Positions 47,301 to 59,391 of a DNA stretch of 64,000 bases are shown piece by piece. The DNA comes from Phoronis australis (Eukaryota > Animalia > Phoronida). How positions within the stretch are numbered: the first letter of the stretch is position 1; each line of letters opens with the position of its first letter. The position numbers were made by a program, and so were the translations under genes. The stretch is taken from NCBI GenBank assembly GCA_002633005.1, contig NMRA01000047.1, forward strand, positions 498,913 through 562,912, in the 5' to 3' direction. Below the pieces are notes generated by a model. That model did not search any database. It was not told the origin of the DNA and saw nothing but the letters and a program-made list of their open reading frames with translations.

Positions 47301-48797
47301 TCAAGAACAGGATTGCCTTTCGATAGAGGTTTATACACTTCAGGACAAAATTGAAATAAGATACTCTATAAGCGCAGTTAGTAAACATTTTCTTATTTAA
47401 AGTCAAAAATAAGACATTTCAATGTTTGGAATGAATCAAATTCTTTTCTTCCAAGCTTAATGAAAATTTTGTATATTAAAATGTTTAAATAAAAATCTCG
47501 CAAACTTTTCAAATGGATTCAGCTTTATAGCACGGAAACGCAATAGTCTGTCTAGATTAAGGGATAACATAAAAATCAAGGTACTAAAATAATTGTCACA
47601 ATACCTGTTTCCTGGAAGTATTTTTCAAGTTAGTTCTGAGAGCTTTCAATTTTCCTTGTGTTCTCACTGCTGCACCTTTCTTTTTCAGTTGCAACTGTTT
47701 GGCTTTCTTTTGTTCTTTCCTGTTAAGCTTGATGATGTCATCTGAAATTTGTGCAAATAATGCAGTTACACTCCTTCACAGGCAACGGTCACTTTCAGGG
47801 GTCCCACACATTGAGAACCAGTTTTCACTGCTGAATAACTGGTATCAAACTGGTTCTCAAAGTCCAGGACCCGTGTTAGTGGCTATTGCCCATTCATCAA
47901 TATTGGGTACTGTCAAAAAATGTACTCTTTAATAAGCAAGACCAACAAGAGGAAATGTCATCTTTTTATTTTCAGTCCCCACGTGCTAGGTTGAGTTCAG
48001 CTCCACCTCTTATCCCTCCTCCATGCTTCATAATTGCCCACAGTACGACCAATGACAGCGCCGGCAAAAGCGAGTATACGCACTTCCCTGTCCATAGATG
48101 GCTGAATGTTTTACAAACAAGGAAAATGAATTTGAAAGGAATGGCATCAAGAACACACTTGTTCTCATGAACAAGTATTAATTGTCACCCAGAAAATAGG
48201 TGTTCGTGTTTCACACTCAAGAACACAAGTATTTTTGGGACGATTTTTTTGACAAAAACACCCGAGTTCCCGCAAAAATTTTTCAACCTCACGGACACTG
48301 CTTGAGACACGGCTTCGATTACACAATTTTGTCTTCCTGTAATGTCACACGCACCTAGACGAGGGTCAACGTGTTGCCTAAGTTTCGGTGGACTCCCTGC
48401 CTGCACAGCTGATTTCATTATGATGAAATTAGCGGGGATAGCGAAAAAAATCGCCTTTTAAAATTTCATTGCCTTTGTATTTTGAGTCCATTTACCCAGT
48501 CTAGCTGTGCTGGCTCAATTCATACAGTGGTGTACTATCTACTTAGGCGATTACACTGCCAATGGATGCCGACACCCTGCATAGCCAGCCGAGGGCGAGG
48601 GGCTACGTGTTGCCTCACTGACTGTCAACTTAGGTTAGCCTCACTTTGGCAAAGATACTATAAAATCTTTGGCCTCAGTCAGTAGACAATTTAGAGGATT
48701 GAATGACCCGTTAGTTCGTCCAATTTCGTGTCTACTTCAGTCTTATCACAAGTTACTAACCTAATGACATGTCAATTTTGTCCATTGGGTTTGACAT
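41306..48797 (-). CDS. FYTTD1: UAP56-interacting factor (UIF/FYTTD1)-like Q/R-rich mRNA export adaptor, 7 coding exons, ~308 aa
   Basis: Exons 48797-48761, 47741-47605, 46838-46692, 46047-45815, 45033-44823, 43097-43047, 41416-41306; in frame. N-terminal UAP56-binding motif DKIDMSLDDIIKLNRKE, plus RRGLQV and RQWKT as in UIF. No RRM, so not ALYREF. Confidence 0.82.
41647..41805. repeat. Dispersed repeat (second copy at ~62370-62521)
   Basis: Shared GGTCACGCTTGCC...CTTTTGAGGGT...TTACAG.GCATTAT.TTGTT.CA.AGA..TGGATGGGAAAG.CGTT. Confidence 0.7.
47779..47890. mobile_element. Palindromic ~110-bp MITE family, copy 2 (most complete)
   Basis: Arms GGCAACGGTCACT/AGTGGCTATTGCC, GGGTCC/GGACCC and TTGAGAACCAGTTT/AAACTGGTTCTCAA. 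Confidence 0.75.
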
Positions 48798-49182
48798 GAT
48801 GAACAGCTCGCCCCACAACACAAGACGTCAGCCGAGTTCGACTTTTGCCGAACAAAACTCACCAGAGATGGCGTACAAGTTTACACCACGTGACTAGCCT
48901 CAAATTATTTTTGTCATCAAAAAGCCACATAAGATTCTATTTTTGGCTATTCATCATAGATTTTTTGTATTTTTATTTTTGAACAATTTTTTTACGATTT
49001 ATTAATTGTAAATTTCATAAACATATACGAATGCATTTGTCTTCTTTGTTATTTTGTGTTCCGGTCTCGCTTTGCGCCTGGAATTCGACACGATTTGTGA
49101 CTGTGAGAGGCAAATTTCAGACTAAATTTACTGCTGAACTGTTGTTTCTGCATTTTGTAGGTAATCAACTGTAGTTGAAAAA
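48798..49182. promoter_or_regulatory. Bidirectional promoter region between FYTTD1-like and CAND1
   Basis: Divergent ATGs 385 bp apart. GACGTCA (48824), AGATGGCG (48866) and CACGTGAC (48887) motifs. Confidence 0.6.
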
Positions 49183-52100
49183 ATGGCTAGCATGTCGTAC
49201 CACATAGCAAATCTTCTGGAGAAGATGACATCTAGTGACAAGGACTTTAGATTTATGGCGACAAATGATTTAATGACCGAGCTACAAAAAGATTCGATCA
49301 AACTTGACGATGACAGTGAAAGAAAGGTCGTGCGTATGCTCCTGAAGCTGCTAGAAGACAAAAACGGCGAAGTGCAAAATCTAGCCGTTAAGTGTCTTGG
49401 TCCTCTGGTAAATAAAGTTAAGGAATTCCAAGTAGAAACGATTGTGGACACTCTTTGCAGTAACATGTTGTCTGACAAAGAGCAGCTGCGAGACATCTCG
49501 AGCATTGGATTAAAAACTGTCATTAGTGAGTTACCACCTGCATCAACTGCTCAGGCAGCTAGTATTTGCAAGAAAATAACTGGAAGGCTGACAAGTGCTA
49601 TTTCCAAACAAGAAGATGTGTCAGTGCAACTTGAAGCTTTGGATATACTGGGTGACCTGCTAAGTCGGTTTGGAGGCTTGTTGATTAGTTTTCATTCCTC
49701 AATTCAACAAGCCTTGCTTCCGCAGCTGTCTAGTCCTAGACTTGCGGTACGTAAACGGTCTATTATTGCCATCGGATTCCTCGTCATGAGCTGTAACAAC
49801 ACTTTGTTTGTTGAACTTATTGATTTCCTATTGGCCGAACTTTCAAAAAATGCATCCACGTCTACAACACGAACCTACATTCAGTGTGTTGGTGCAATAA
49901 GTCGTCAAGCAGGCCACAGGATTGGAGAGCACTTGGAAAAAATTATCCCTCTCATTGTTAAGTTCTGTCAAGTAGAAGATGATGAACTACGTGAATACTG
50001 CATTCAAGCGTTTGAGTCCTTTGTCAGACGATGTCCACGTGAGGTCTCGCCACATATCCCCACTGTAATTGAGCTTTGTCTGAAGTACATCTGTTACGAC
50101 CCTAACTACAATTACGATGATGATGATGACGACGAAAATGGCATGGATACAGAGGGTGATGAAGATGAAGATGGGTAATGGTTGTAACCAGTTAGGCATT
50201 ACATGCACATTTCTGTAAAATAAAGCTGTTATACGTTTGAAAGTTACCATATCTCGTGATCACAATTAAGTTTTTTTAATTTTTGCTAGACTAGTAGTAT
50301 AGGAATATCGGGAGACATGTGAAGTATTCTATTTTGAAAACTCCATGTGTTAAGTGGTTTTCATCTTACAAGGTCAACGGGATCATGAATTTCGGCCTGT
50401 GCACCTGGGCAAAGATACTGGATTGCCTATTTGCCTTCATGATTTACCGTGCAAAGATACTGGATTGCCTATTTGCCTTCATGATTTACCGTGCATTCAG
50501 TAGGAGGGATGTTAAAGTTATCTATTGTAGACACCTCCACAAATCTACGCTCTTTAATTTCTGAGCAACTTTGTTAAGAGCGCCCTCAATTGTTTTGTCA
50601 AAGAATCATCCTGGCATGAATTTTAAAGCGGCATTTTGTCTAGTTTAGGTGGATAAAAACGAGTACTGAATTAAAGTTTTTACTCTTGTAAAATTAATCA
50701 TCAGTAATATTCCTTACCAGATTTGTTCCCGTTTCGGTCAAGAGAATCGAAGCTCTCAGTAACTCAAGAAAAAGCCTAAGAGATTATTGGGGTTAGCCAA
50801 TCCTAAATTGCAAACTCGAACATGGTGCTAGTCACATTGCTGCCTCATCCTGCAATTACTAAAATCAGATGATCGTGGTAATATTTCTAAATCTCAACAT
50901 TCTTCCGTACAACATTGGCAGTTAAAGAAGGGCTATAAGTGGTAGCATAAAGATTCTGAGCATTTCTTTAGGTTTTAAATATAAAATGTATTATATTATT
51001 CATCAGGAATAGCTCCCAATGCCCACCCTACTATTATCAGCCATCGACAGTATGAAAATCCCAATAGCAGACTGAGCAGAGAGCTGGTCGCACAGCCTTG
51101 AAGGCCAAAATAGCAAATAAGTCGACTTTTGCTTTTGCTCCCCGGCTGTTTTCTGTTCTACAGTTTTTCTGGGCTGTGTTACTCATACTCAAGTGAGTGG
51201 GACTAATGCAAGTTGGCCAAAATCTTAGCCCCACAATTTTTCAAATTTCAAGTCGCAAATGCAGCTCATTGTGTCAAGCACTCGTTATTATAATTTTTAT
51301 TTTCAAATGCCCACATGGTTGAATGTCCGCTTCAACTTGCTGGCCCTAGTTTTATGTTATTCAAAAACATCATAGAAATCAGTTTTAGCAATCCTGAAAT
51401 TCTATTTATTTCCGTTTTGCAAATGAGGAAATTCCGCCTTACTATTTTGAAGTCGGATAAATAACATAAAAATGGTCTGGGAATTGCCTTGTAAACATTT
51501 TCTGCTGAGTTACGTGCCGCAATTCCATTTTAAAACCAAAACCTTGTTGCATGCTGTTTTATTATTTTTTCAAATATGTAAAAGAAACAGCATCACCTTC
51601 AGAAAGAATGACCGTGATGTACTGAAACACGTCTTCTGCAAAATGGTTGTCGATGATTTTGTGACCAGAATCGTCAAATTCGATAGATTATATATCCTTA
51701 ATTTTTCTTGATTAAAAACCAAAAATATTACTTTCATGGTATCAGCTATATATAAACTCTGTTTGAAATCTTGAATTGTGCGGAAGAAGTCAGGCTCTGT
51801 GAATTCCTTCCATTTTTTGTTATTGCGGCAAACCTGGATCTGGATCGATGCAGTTGCTATGATATCTTCAGTAATGCCACTGTGAGCCTCTCTTTGTAAA
51901 TAATATACTCAAATAGCTTGTCACAGTTCATTGTCTAGCAGACGGTCAATTATTTGGCTTTTGCACTTGAAGCGGTCAACAAAAATTAAAAATAAATCCA
52001 TGTTTAAAGTGGTGCTGTAATGTCAATTCATTCCTTACTCTAATTTTATGAAGTCATTTCTGAGCAAGGGAAGAAGTAGCAGTTTGTTCTTGCCTGAGGT

Positions 52101-55100
52101 TATGCGTAATTCATTAAATGACCAACAGGGTCAACTCAGCTTATGAAACTTGGTTTCAAGCTTGGATATGACACTTCTTCCGAAAGTTAAAAGTTTATTT
52201 GAGTTGGAAAAAGTTGTGACCAGTTTGGTTCAGTAAGTGGTCTAAACCAACAGTTGGTGAAATTGTCAGGTTTTTAGAATTCTTTAAGTCTTGCACATGG
52301 TTAAGCAAAATATTTCTGCATTTTATTTAAGATATCCTTGATTTTATCTTAACTGGTGTAAAATAAGACGACATCAAGGACGTATTCTGAACTTTTATTT
52401 TGCAAACTGAAATTTTTGTTCTTCTCCAACTCAGCGTGCTATGGGTCTTTAAGAGCTAATTTGTGTTCTCTTACAGAGAGAGTGATGATGATTACTCAGA
52501 TGATGACGACATGAGCTGGAAGGTGAGGCGATCGGCAGCGAAGTGCATCACTGCCATTATATCCACCCGTCATGAAATGCTTGCTGACCTGTACCGCACT
52601 GTCTCACCTGCACTCATCAATCGCTTCAAGGAAAGAGAGGAGAATGTCAAGGCAGACATCTTTCAAGCTTATGTCACGCTCCTTCGTCAAACAAAGCCGA
52701 CAATTTCAATGGACCCTGACTCCAGGGAGAAGCAGGAAGGCCCCAAAATGTTGCTGAAGTCTCAAGTGGACTTGATTGTCAAGGCTATCCATAAGCAACT
52801 GAAAGAGAAGAGCATCAAGACCAGGCAAGGTTGCTTTGTCCTTTTGACCGAATTAGTGTTGGTCCTGCCTGAGGCGTTGTCCCAACATGTGGCTGCTCTT
52901 GTGCCAGGCATTCAGTATTCACTCGGTGACAGAAACACCAGCTCCAACATGAAGATCGACACCCTGTCATTCCTTAATTGCTTGTTGGCCAATCAGGATC
53001 CCAAGGTGTTCCACCCCTTCATTCATTTGCTGATGCCAGTCGTTATGGCGGCTGTGAATGACCCATTTTACAAAATTACCTCCGAGGCTCTCCTTGTCAC
53101 GCAGCAACTTGTCAAAGTGATGAGGCCACTTGATCAACCAGAGTCCTTCAACTACCGCGACTACATAAAAACCTTGTACCAGTCTACCCTGTCAAAGCTC
53201 AAAGCTTCTGACATTGACCAAGAAGTCAAGGAGAGAGCCATTTCCTGTATGGGTCAGATAATCTGTAATCTAGGTGATCAGCTGTCCTCTGAGCTTGCCA
53301 CATGTCTGCCCATTTTTCTGGAGCGCCTTAAAAATGAAATCACACGATTGACGTGTGTGAAGGCCTTGACCATGATTGCTGGATCCTCTTTGAAGGTGGA
53401 TCTAACGTGCATACTGAAAGAAGGAATTCCCATCCTTGCATCGTTCTTGCGCAAGAATCACAGAGCCCTGAAGTTGAGCACTCTTAGTTGCTTAGACGTG
53501 GTCCTTCACAATTATGGCTCAGGTTTGTCCTCATCAGCTATCTTGGATGTTATTAAAGAATTGCCCCCACTTATTAGTGAGGCTGATTTGCATGTATCTC
53601 AATTAAGCCTCGTTCTTCTCACAACGGTCTGCTCTGTCAACAACAAGTGCATTGCCCAGTTGTCGGAAAGCATATTGTCCCAATTATTCCTATTGGTCCG
53701 CTCACCTCTTCTGCAAGGAGCTGCTCTTCAGTCTGTGTTAGATTTCTTGCAGGCTTTGCTCAAGGCCTCTCCATCTGGCCTTGGCTTCAAAGAGTTGATA
53801 CAGATGCTGACAAACCCTATATACAATCCAACTCCAACAACTAAGTCATCCAATTCTAGCCTCGCTGTTCACAAACAAGCTTTTCAGTCAATTGCAAAGT
53901 GTGTTGCATTGCTTACAATTATTTGTCCAGCTGAAGGCAAATCCGTTCTTGATCAGTTTGTAAAAGATGTCAAAACGTCTTCGTCATCAGACTCAGTGAA
54001 GTTGTTTGGACTGCTTGCTCTTGGTGAGATTGGTAAGCATACTGATCTCAGCAACCAAGGAGAGCTGGAAATGGTAATTCTCGATTCGTTTTCCTCATCA
54101 AATGAAGACGTCAAGTCTGCTGCAGCCTTCGCTCTTGGTAACGTCAGTGTTGGTAACCTTCCCAAGTATCTGCCCTTTGTTTTGGATGCAATTGAGTCTC
54201 AGCCCAAGAAGCAATATCTGCTCCTCCATTCTTTGAAAGAGATCATCAGTTGCGAGTCGATAGGTGCAGAGGTCATTGAACATTTCAAGCCCTATATGCC
54301 CATCATCTGGTCTCTGCTCATGAACCACTGTGAGTGTCCGGAAGAGGGCACTCGGAATGTTGTTGCAGAGTGCCTAGGAAAGCTCTGTTTGCTAGACGCG
54401 GAAAATTTACTACCCAAGCTTCGTGGATATCTAGATTCTGGATCCTCGCCAACCCGGTGCACTGTCATCACGGCAGTGAAGTTTACCATTACCGATCAGC
54501 CTCAAGCGATAGATCCTTTATTACGCAGCTGTATCGGCGATTTTCTGAAATCACTGCAAGATCCTGACTTAAATGTCCGCCGTGTGGCACTTGTAACTTT
54601 CAACTCAGCTTCTCACAACAAACCGTCTTTGATTCGGGATCTTCTGCAGGCCGTTCTACCCCATTTGTACGAGGAGACAAAAGTTCGAAAAGAGTTAATT
54701 CGCGAAGTGGAGATGGGCCCCTTCAAGCACACGGTAGACGACGGTCTAGACATCAGAAAAGCCGCATTCGAATGCATGTACACTCTGCTTGATTCTTGCT
54801 TGGACAGGCTGGACATCTTCGAGTTCCTAAACCACGTGGAAGATGGATTGAAGGATCACTACGACATAAAGATGTTGACATATCTGATGCTGGTTAGACT
54901 GGCTCATTTGTGTCCCAGCGCCGTTCTTCAGCGTCTCGACCGGGTCATCGAACCACTGAGAGCTACGTGCTCGACGAAAGTAAAAGCCAACTCTGTAAAA
55001 CAGGAATTTGAGAAGCAAGACGAGCTCAAACGGTCTGCCATGAGAGCTGTGGCAGCTTTGCTCGCGATACCCGATGCCGATAAGAGTCCCTTGATGAACG

Positions 55101-55213
55101 AATTCATGTCGCAGATAAAGAGTACCGCTGATCTGATGTCCATGTACGATTCTATTCAAAAGGATGCGTCGTCTTCATCGTCTGCTGAATCCCATCTGAT
55201 GGATACGTCGTGA
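49183..55213 (+). CDS. CAND1: Cullin-associated NEDD8-dissociated protein 1 (TIP120), 2 coding exons, ~1242 aa
   Basis: Exons 49183-50174 and 52477-55213 (GG|gtaatg...ttacag|A). Motifs [67 protein letters not shown] at 55498. Confidence 0.97.
50409..50494. repeat. Perfect 42-bp tandem duplication in the CAND1 intron
   Basis: GCAAAGATACTGGATTGCCTATTTGCCTTCATGATTTACCGT x2. Confidence 0.92.
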
Positions 55214-56339
55214 AGGACAGGACATTAGTGTTTGTCTTGGACTGTGACTGATCCCTGTGTTTGAAGCACGCCACGTGTATTTTGTAAAATGTGTTCCCTT
55301 TGGGAAAGTTTCTATCCACTACCAGTGCTTGTATATCGCTTCGCTATATGGTCCCTAGACTGTAGCCGCTTTAGTAACCGACATTGTTTTGGAAATGTGA
55401 TAAAGCAACTTCAGTAATGCTTCGATTGTTTATACATTGTATTTTGTTTCCAAAGAGCAGTAAACATACATATTGGTCGTTTAATTTTTTCAATGAAAAT
55501 AAATGTTCAGTTACCTGGTACAACGTTAGTTTTACGATCCGCATTCTTCTTTAGTGAAAAGCGAATTTTTGGTGTCCTTACTAACAAAAATATGAAGATT
55601 TTTAAGAGAGGCTCAGCATAATTGCGGTGCTTGACAACAACAGAAGCCGTCTTCCTCCCCCTTGGTTCGCACGGGTGTAGCTAGTAGGCCTAGTGTCGTT
55701 TTCTCAGTATTCTCTTCTTTTCTACTGCATTCCGGTCCTTACCAACACATGTCTTATCTCGTTGACTGTATTTCTTTTCATAAACGGCGTACTTTCCTCC
55801 GAACAATTGCCACTTGGGGTTAACTTGTATCCTCGATGCTTAGAGGGTTTGTGACCACACCGTTAATAATGCGCTTACAAGGAACTCGCGCATTTCTAAA
55901 GACAGGTGGGAATTTTTACCGCTAGTCCTGAGCGGCTTTTACCAGGATCAAACAGAGTGCGGCGCCGGAATCGGATGCGGTTGTGATTACCGCATAGTCC
56001 TGTGCGACCATGTAAGCATAATTGCCTTGTACATAATGGCGAATTTTCAAAATGCATCAACCAATAATTTTCGTCTAAAAACGAACACCACGGCGGTATT
56101 CACCTAGAAAAAACAACTCAAGTAAGGTTTTCGGTTTTTAAAAGTCCAAGACTAATAAGCTACTAACTACAAACATTGGGTACGATCGAAGATAAACGAC
56201 CGAGCGTATCGATACACTCAGTGGATTTACAAACCCTGATCAGAATTAACAATTATTCCACATTATTAGCCTCGAATGGCAGATACAACCGTGTAATAAT
56301 TACCCATAAAGTTATCTCGCTAGTGAGATAACATTTTGA

Positions 56340-56420
56340 CGGGAAACCGACGCCGGATTCGAACATGGGCTTCAAGAGTTTCGAGTCGCTGACTTTAATA
56401 GCACTACACCACCCAGCGGC
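56340..56420 (-). mobile_element. tRNA-derived SINE head (Pol III A/B boxes)
   Basis: Minus strand reads GCCGCTGGGTGGTGTAGTG (A box-like)...GTTCGAATCCGGCGTCGG (B box). The cloverleaf is imperfect, so it is not a functional tRNA. Confidence 0.55.
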
Positions 56421-56928
56421 TGTGAAAATAGAATACAGCAATCGCATTTTTAGCAAAGGGCATTGCACCGTCATTTATACACTATGAAAAATAAGGCGCA
56501 TAATTTCCATAAAAACGATATTTTAATTCAGTTAAATTTTTCTCCCGTGTTCTCTCGCTTGAAAATCACCGATCTCCAATTTGAATGCGGGTATCGTGTC
56601 GTCAGGATCCTTTGACTTGAGCATTATAGTCAGTTACTAGTGGTAACCTACTTTAGCAGACGATATTTTCCCGGTCGAAGCTTAGCGTGATAAAATGTGT
56701 AGTAAGCTATAATAGTTGCTAAACCTTAATTTATAGATTCACTTAATTCTATTTTGTTTTAATTTTCAATTGGTTTTGAGTATAAGCATTATTTGACAAA
56801 AATAGCTCGACTTTTCTTAAAAGGTCACGACCCCCGGGCCTCTGACATAGAAAGTAGTTACAAAGCCGAGGCGAATTGAGAAAGATAGATCGATTCATTG
56901 CAATGTTTTCCTTCAGTATGTGGTATAA

Positions 56929-57070
56929 ATAGATTGTTACGTGTTCTCAGTCGTTTTCCCCCTTATCTAGAGCCCTCGTGGATCACCCTCGGGGCTAAAG
57001 CCCCTCGGGCGATAATTCCACTTGGGCTCTAGATAAAGGGGGATAACGACTTCGCCATGTAATTATCTAT
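56929..57070. mobile_element. ~140-bp palindromic MITE-like element
   Basis: Arms ATAGAT/ATCTAT and AGTCGTT.TCCCC.TTATCTAGAGCCC / GGGCTCTAGATAA.GGGG.ATAACGACT around GGGGCT-AA-AGCCCC; TA-rich flanks. Confidence 0.75.
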
Positions 57071-59391
57071 ATATATCACATGGATTATTTTTTTTAATAT
57101 TCTTTCAATCTCGTTTAACCAGATTTTTTACTAGGAAACAGTTGTATTTAACACTCTATATTTTTATGGTTGACAAAAAGCTAGAATAGTTATATAGATA
57201 GTGCAACCGAAATTGTCCAGGGATTCCAAATCTTTAGTTTAGCTATCACCATTTGCACTTTTGTATATATTTTATGATTTGAGTTGTAATAAAGATTAAA
57301 TTCGAACTAATGACACGTGTACTTTTGTTCGCTGTGAAAAGCTTAGTGTAACTGTAATCTGGAAAGTTCAGTTAAGTTTCGCTGGCGATCAAAATCTACC
57401 ACTGTTTTTGGTACTTCAAGTTTAAAGATAAAATAAAAAGATACATGATCAACCCGTTTCCAGTAAGAAAAAAAAACAAGTAGACGGGAGTATTAAAAAT
57501 GAAATAACAAAACCGCTATGAAACATATTTAAAGCCATCGTTCCTTATTTATCCCCTTTGAACTTCACTTTAGATCCACCACTCATCAATACACAATTGT
57601 ATTTGCCAAAACTTCGACGTTTTCTCTCAGTTGCACGTGGGACGCATTATGGGAAGACGCGTGAGCTAGCACGTGTGTCTTCTAGGTATTCGCAATGAGC
57701 TATATTTATCTCATTGGGTATTCGTGTGTGCTCGTGCGCGTTTTAGACGAAGGAAACACGAGTGATTTGTATTCAGAAAAATGTCTTTAGATGAAGCATT
57801 TCATCCTGTGGAGCGTGAGTTTTTTACATGAAATTGCCTTTTTGCTGATATACTTGTACCAGATCCGCGTCTACATACAGTATTTAAAATCGATGGGTTT
57901 GGTGAAAGTGTGTCACTTATGTGAAGAGGTCGACTAACACTGGTTGTTATTGGCTCGTAATGGCAGAGATCCAATAGACTTAAAACCAAACCCTACAATT
58001 GCGTGGCGTAATTAACTCGTTTTTTCTCGGACATAAGGTTATGTAGGACCTTTTACAAATCTGTGTAATTATCCAAATATCTTCAAAACTATATATGTTA
58101 ACCCAGTAATTATACATGTATTCTGAAAGTTGTCTGTATAATTTGAAAACAACAGTATCAAGAACATGTAATGAGTGAATTTCGTTTGACATAAATGTTA
58201 CAGGTGAAATCTCACAAACCCTGGTACTGTTTTCTAAGTTATCATTTCGTTTTCGTTTGATGCAAATTTTGCTTTGTTTTTTTTTTTTGGATAAATCATC
58301 AAAGTCACATCTATGTATGCGAAAATGGAACATTTTAAAAACAATTTCTAAATGCGTTTTAGAGAAGAAGGTATAAAACATTTTTTTGACAGTTTCGTAT
58401 GAACCCAGTTGTTTGTTTCTGATATATGATTATCCGAAATTAACCAAATTCAGACTTTTTTCTAGGGCCCTACATAGCCTTAATACGTGCGTGTGACATC
58501 ATAGCCGTGACCTGAGGTGACCTTCACGCCTTCAGATTCACTCATGCATAATATGCTTTCACTTGTTTTTGAGCCGACATGACACAGAAACAATATTTAA
58601 ATGACCAACTGTCCGAAATGAAAAAGTAAATAGTAACAAAAATTAATATCTCGTTTTGAACTATGTAGCCTGAAATCGGTGATCTTTATGTTTATTAAGG
58701 ATTTTCTACGCGAGAACATTTGCGCAGAGTAACCGTGTAAACAAATTATTACGATTGCTTTTCAGGCAAGTCCGTTTGGAAACAATTTACAGTTCTTGCA
58801 TTGATGACCATTTTCGTGAAAAGTGAGTACTCACCAGCAGTTACGATCGTGAAGCATGGGGTGAACTTTGCGCCAATATTGATAGTATTAAAGGCCTCAG
58901 AAATTCCACGGATGCGTAGAGGGTGACAACTTGTGTAATAAACTATATGATTGATATGCAATCAATCTTGAGGAAGAAAAAAAAACCAATAGCTGTATTT
59001 GGATAGAAATACTGTATCAAAACCTAAATCTCGGCCCTATCTATAAGAGGAATCAATTACGTTTTCTTCAGTCACAATGTCAGTCCTGGCAAAATCCCTC
59101 TAATCGCGCATTGGATACTGGGGCCCGTGTCGCTGCGACATGAATCACGGACCGTTCTTTTCTGTTTTTTTTTCGTGAAGAAATGCGTCTATCAATTTAA
59201 TATCGTAATAATTTCTTGCGCATTGCTTTATCTGTACTGTCGCATCGCATCTTGTTTTCAAGCCGAAACTAACACGAACCGGAAAAGAATAATTTATATT
59301 ACCTCAGTGAAAAAGGTGATGAAATAATATCACGCATTGGCTTCTCTTCTAGCAGGATTCACGTGTTCATAACCTTATGCCTTCGTTGTAG

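Noticed and set aside
52463-52476. The 916-aa ORF as a separate gene
   Set aside because: It is exon 2 of CAND1; the nominal start is the intron's polypyrimidine tract.
53953-55159. Several minus-strand ORFs
   Set aside because: Antisense shadows of the CAND1 coding sequence.
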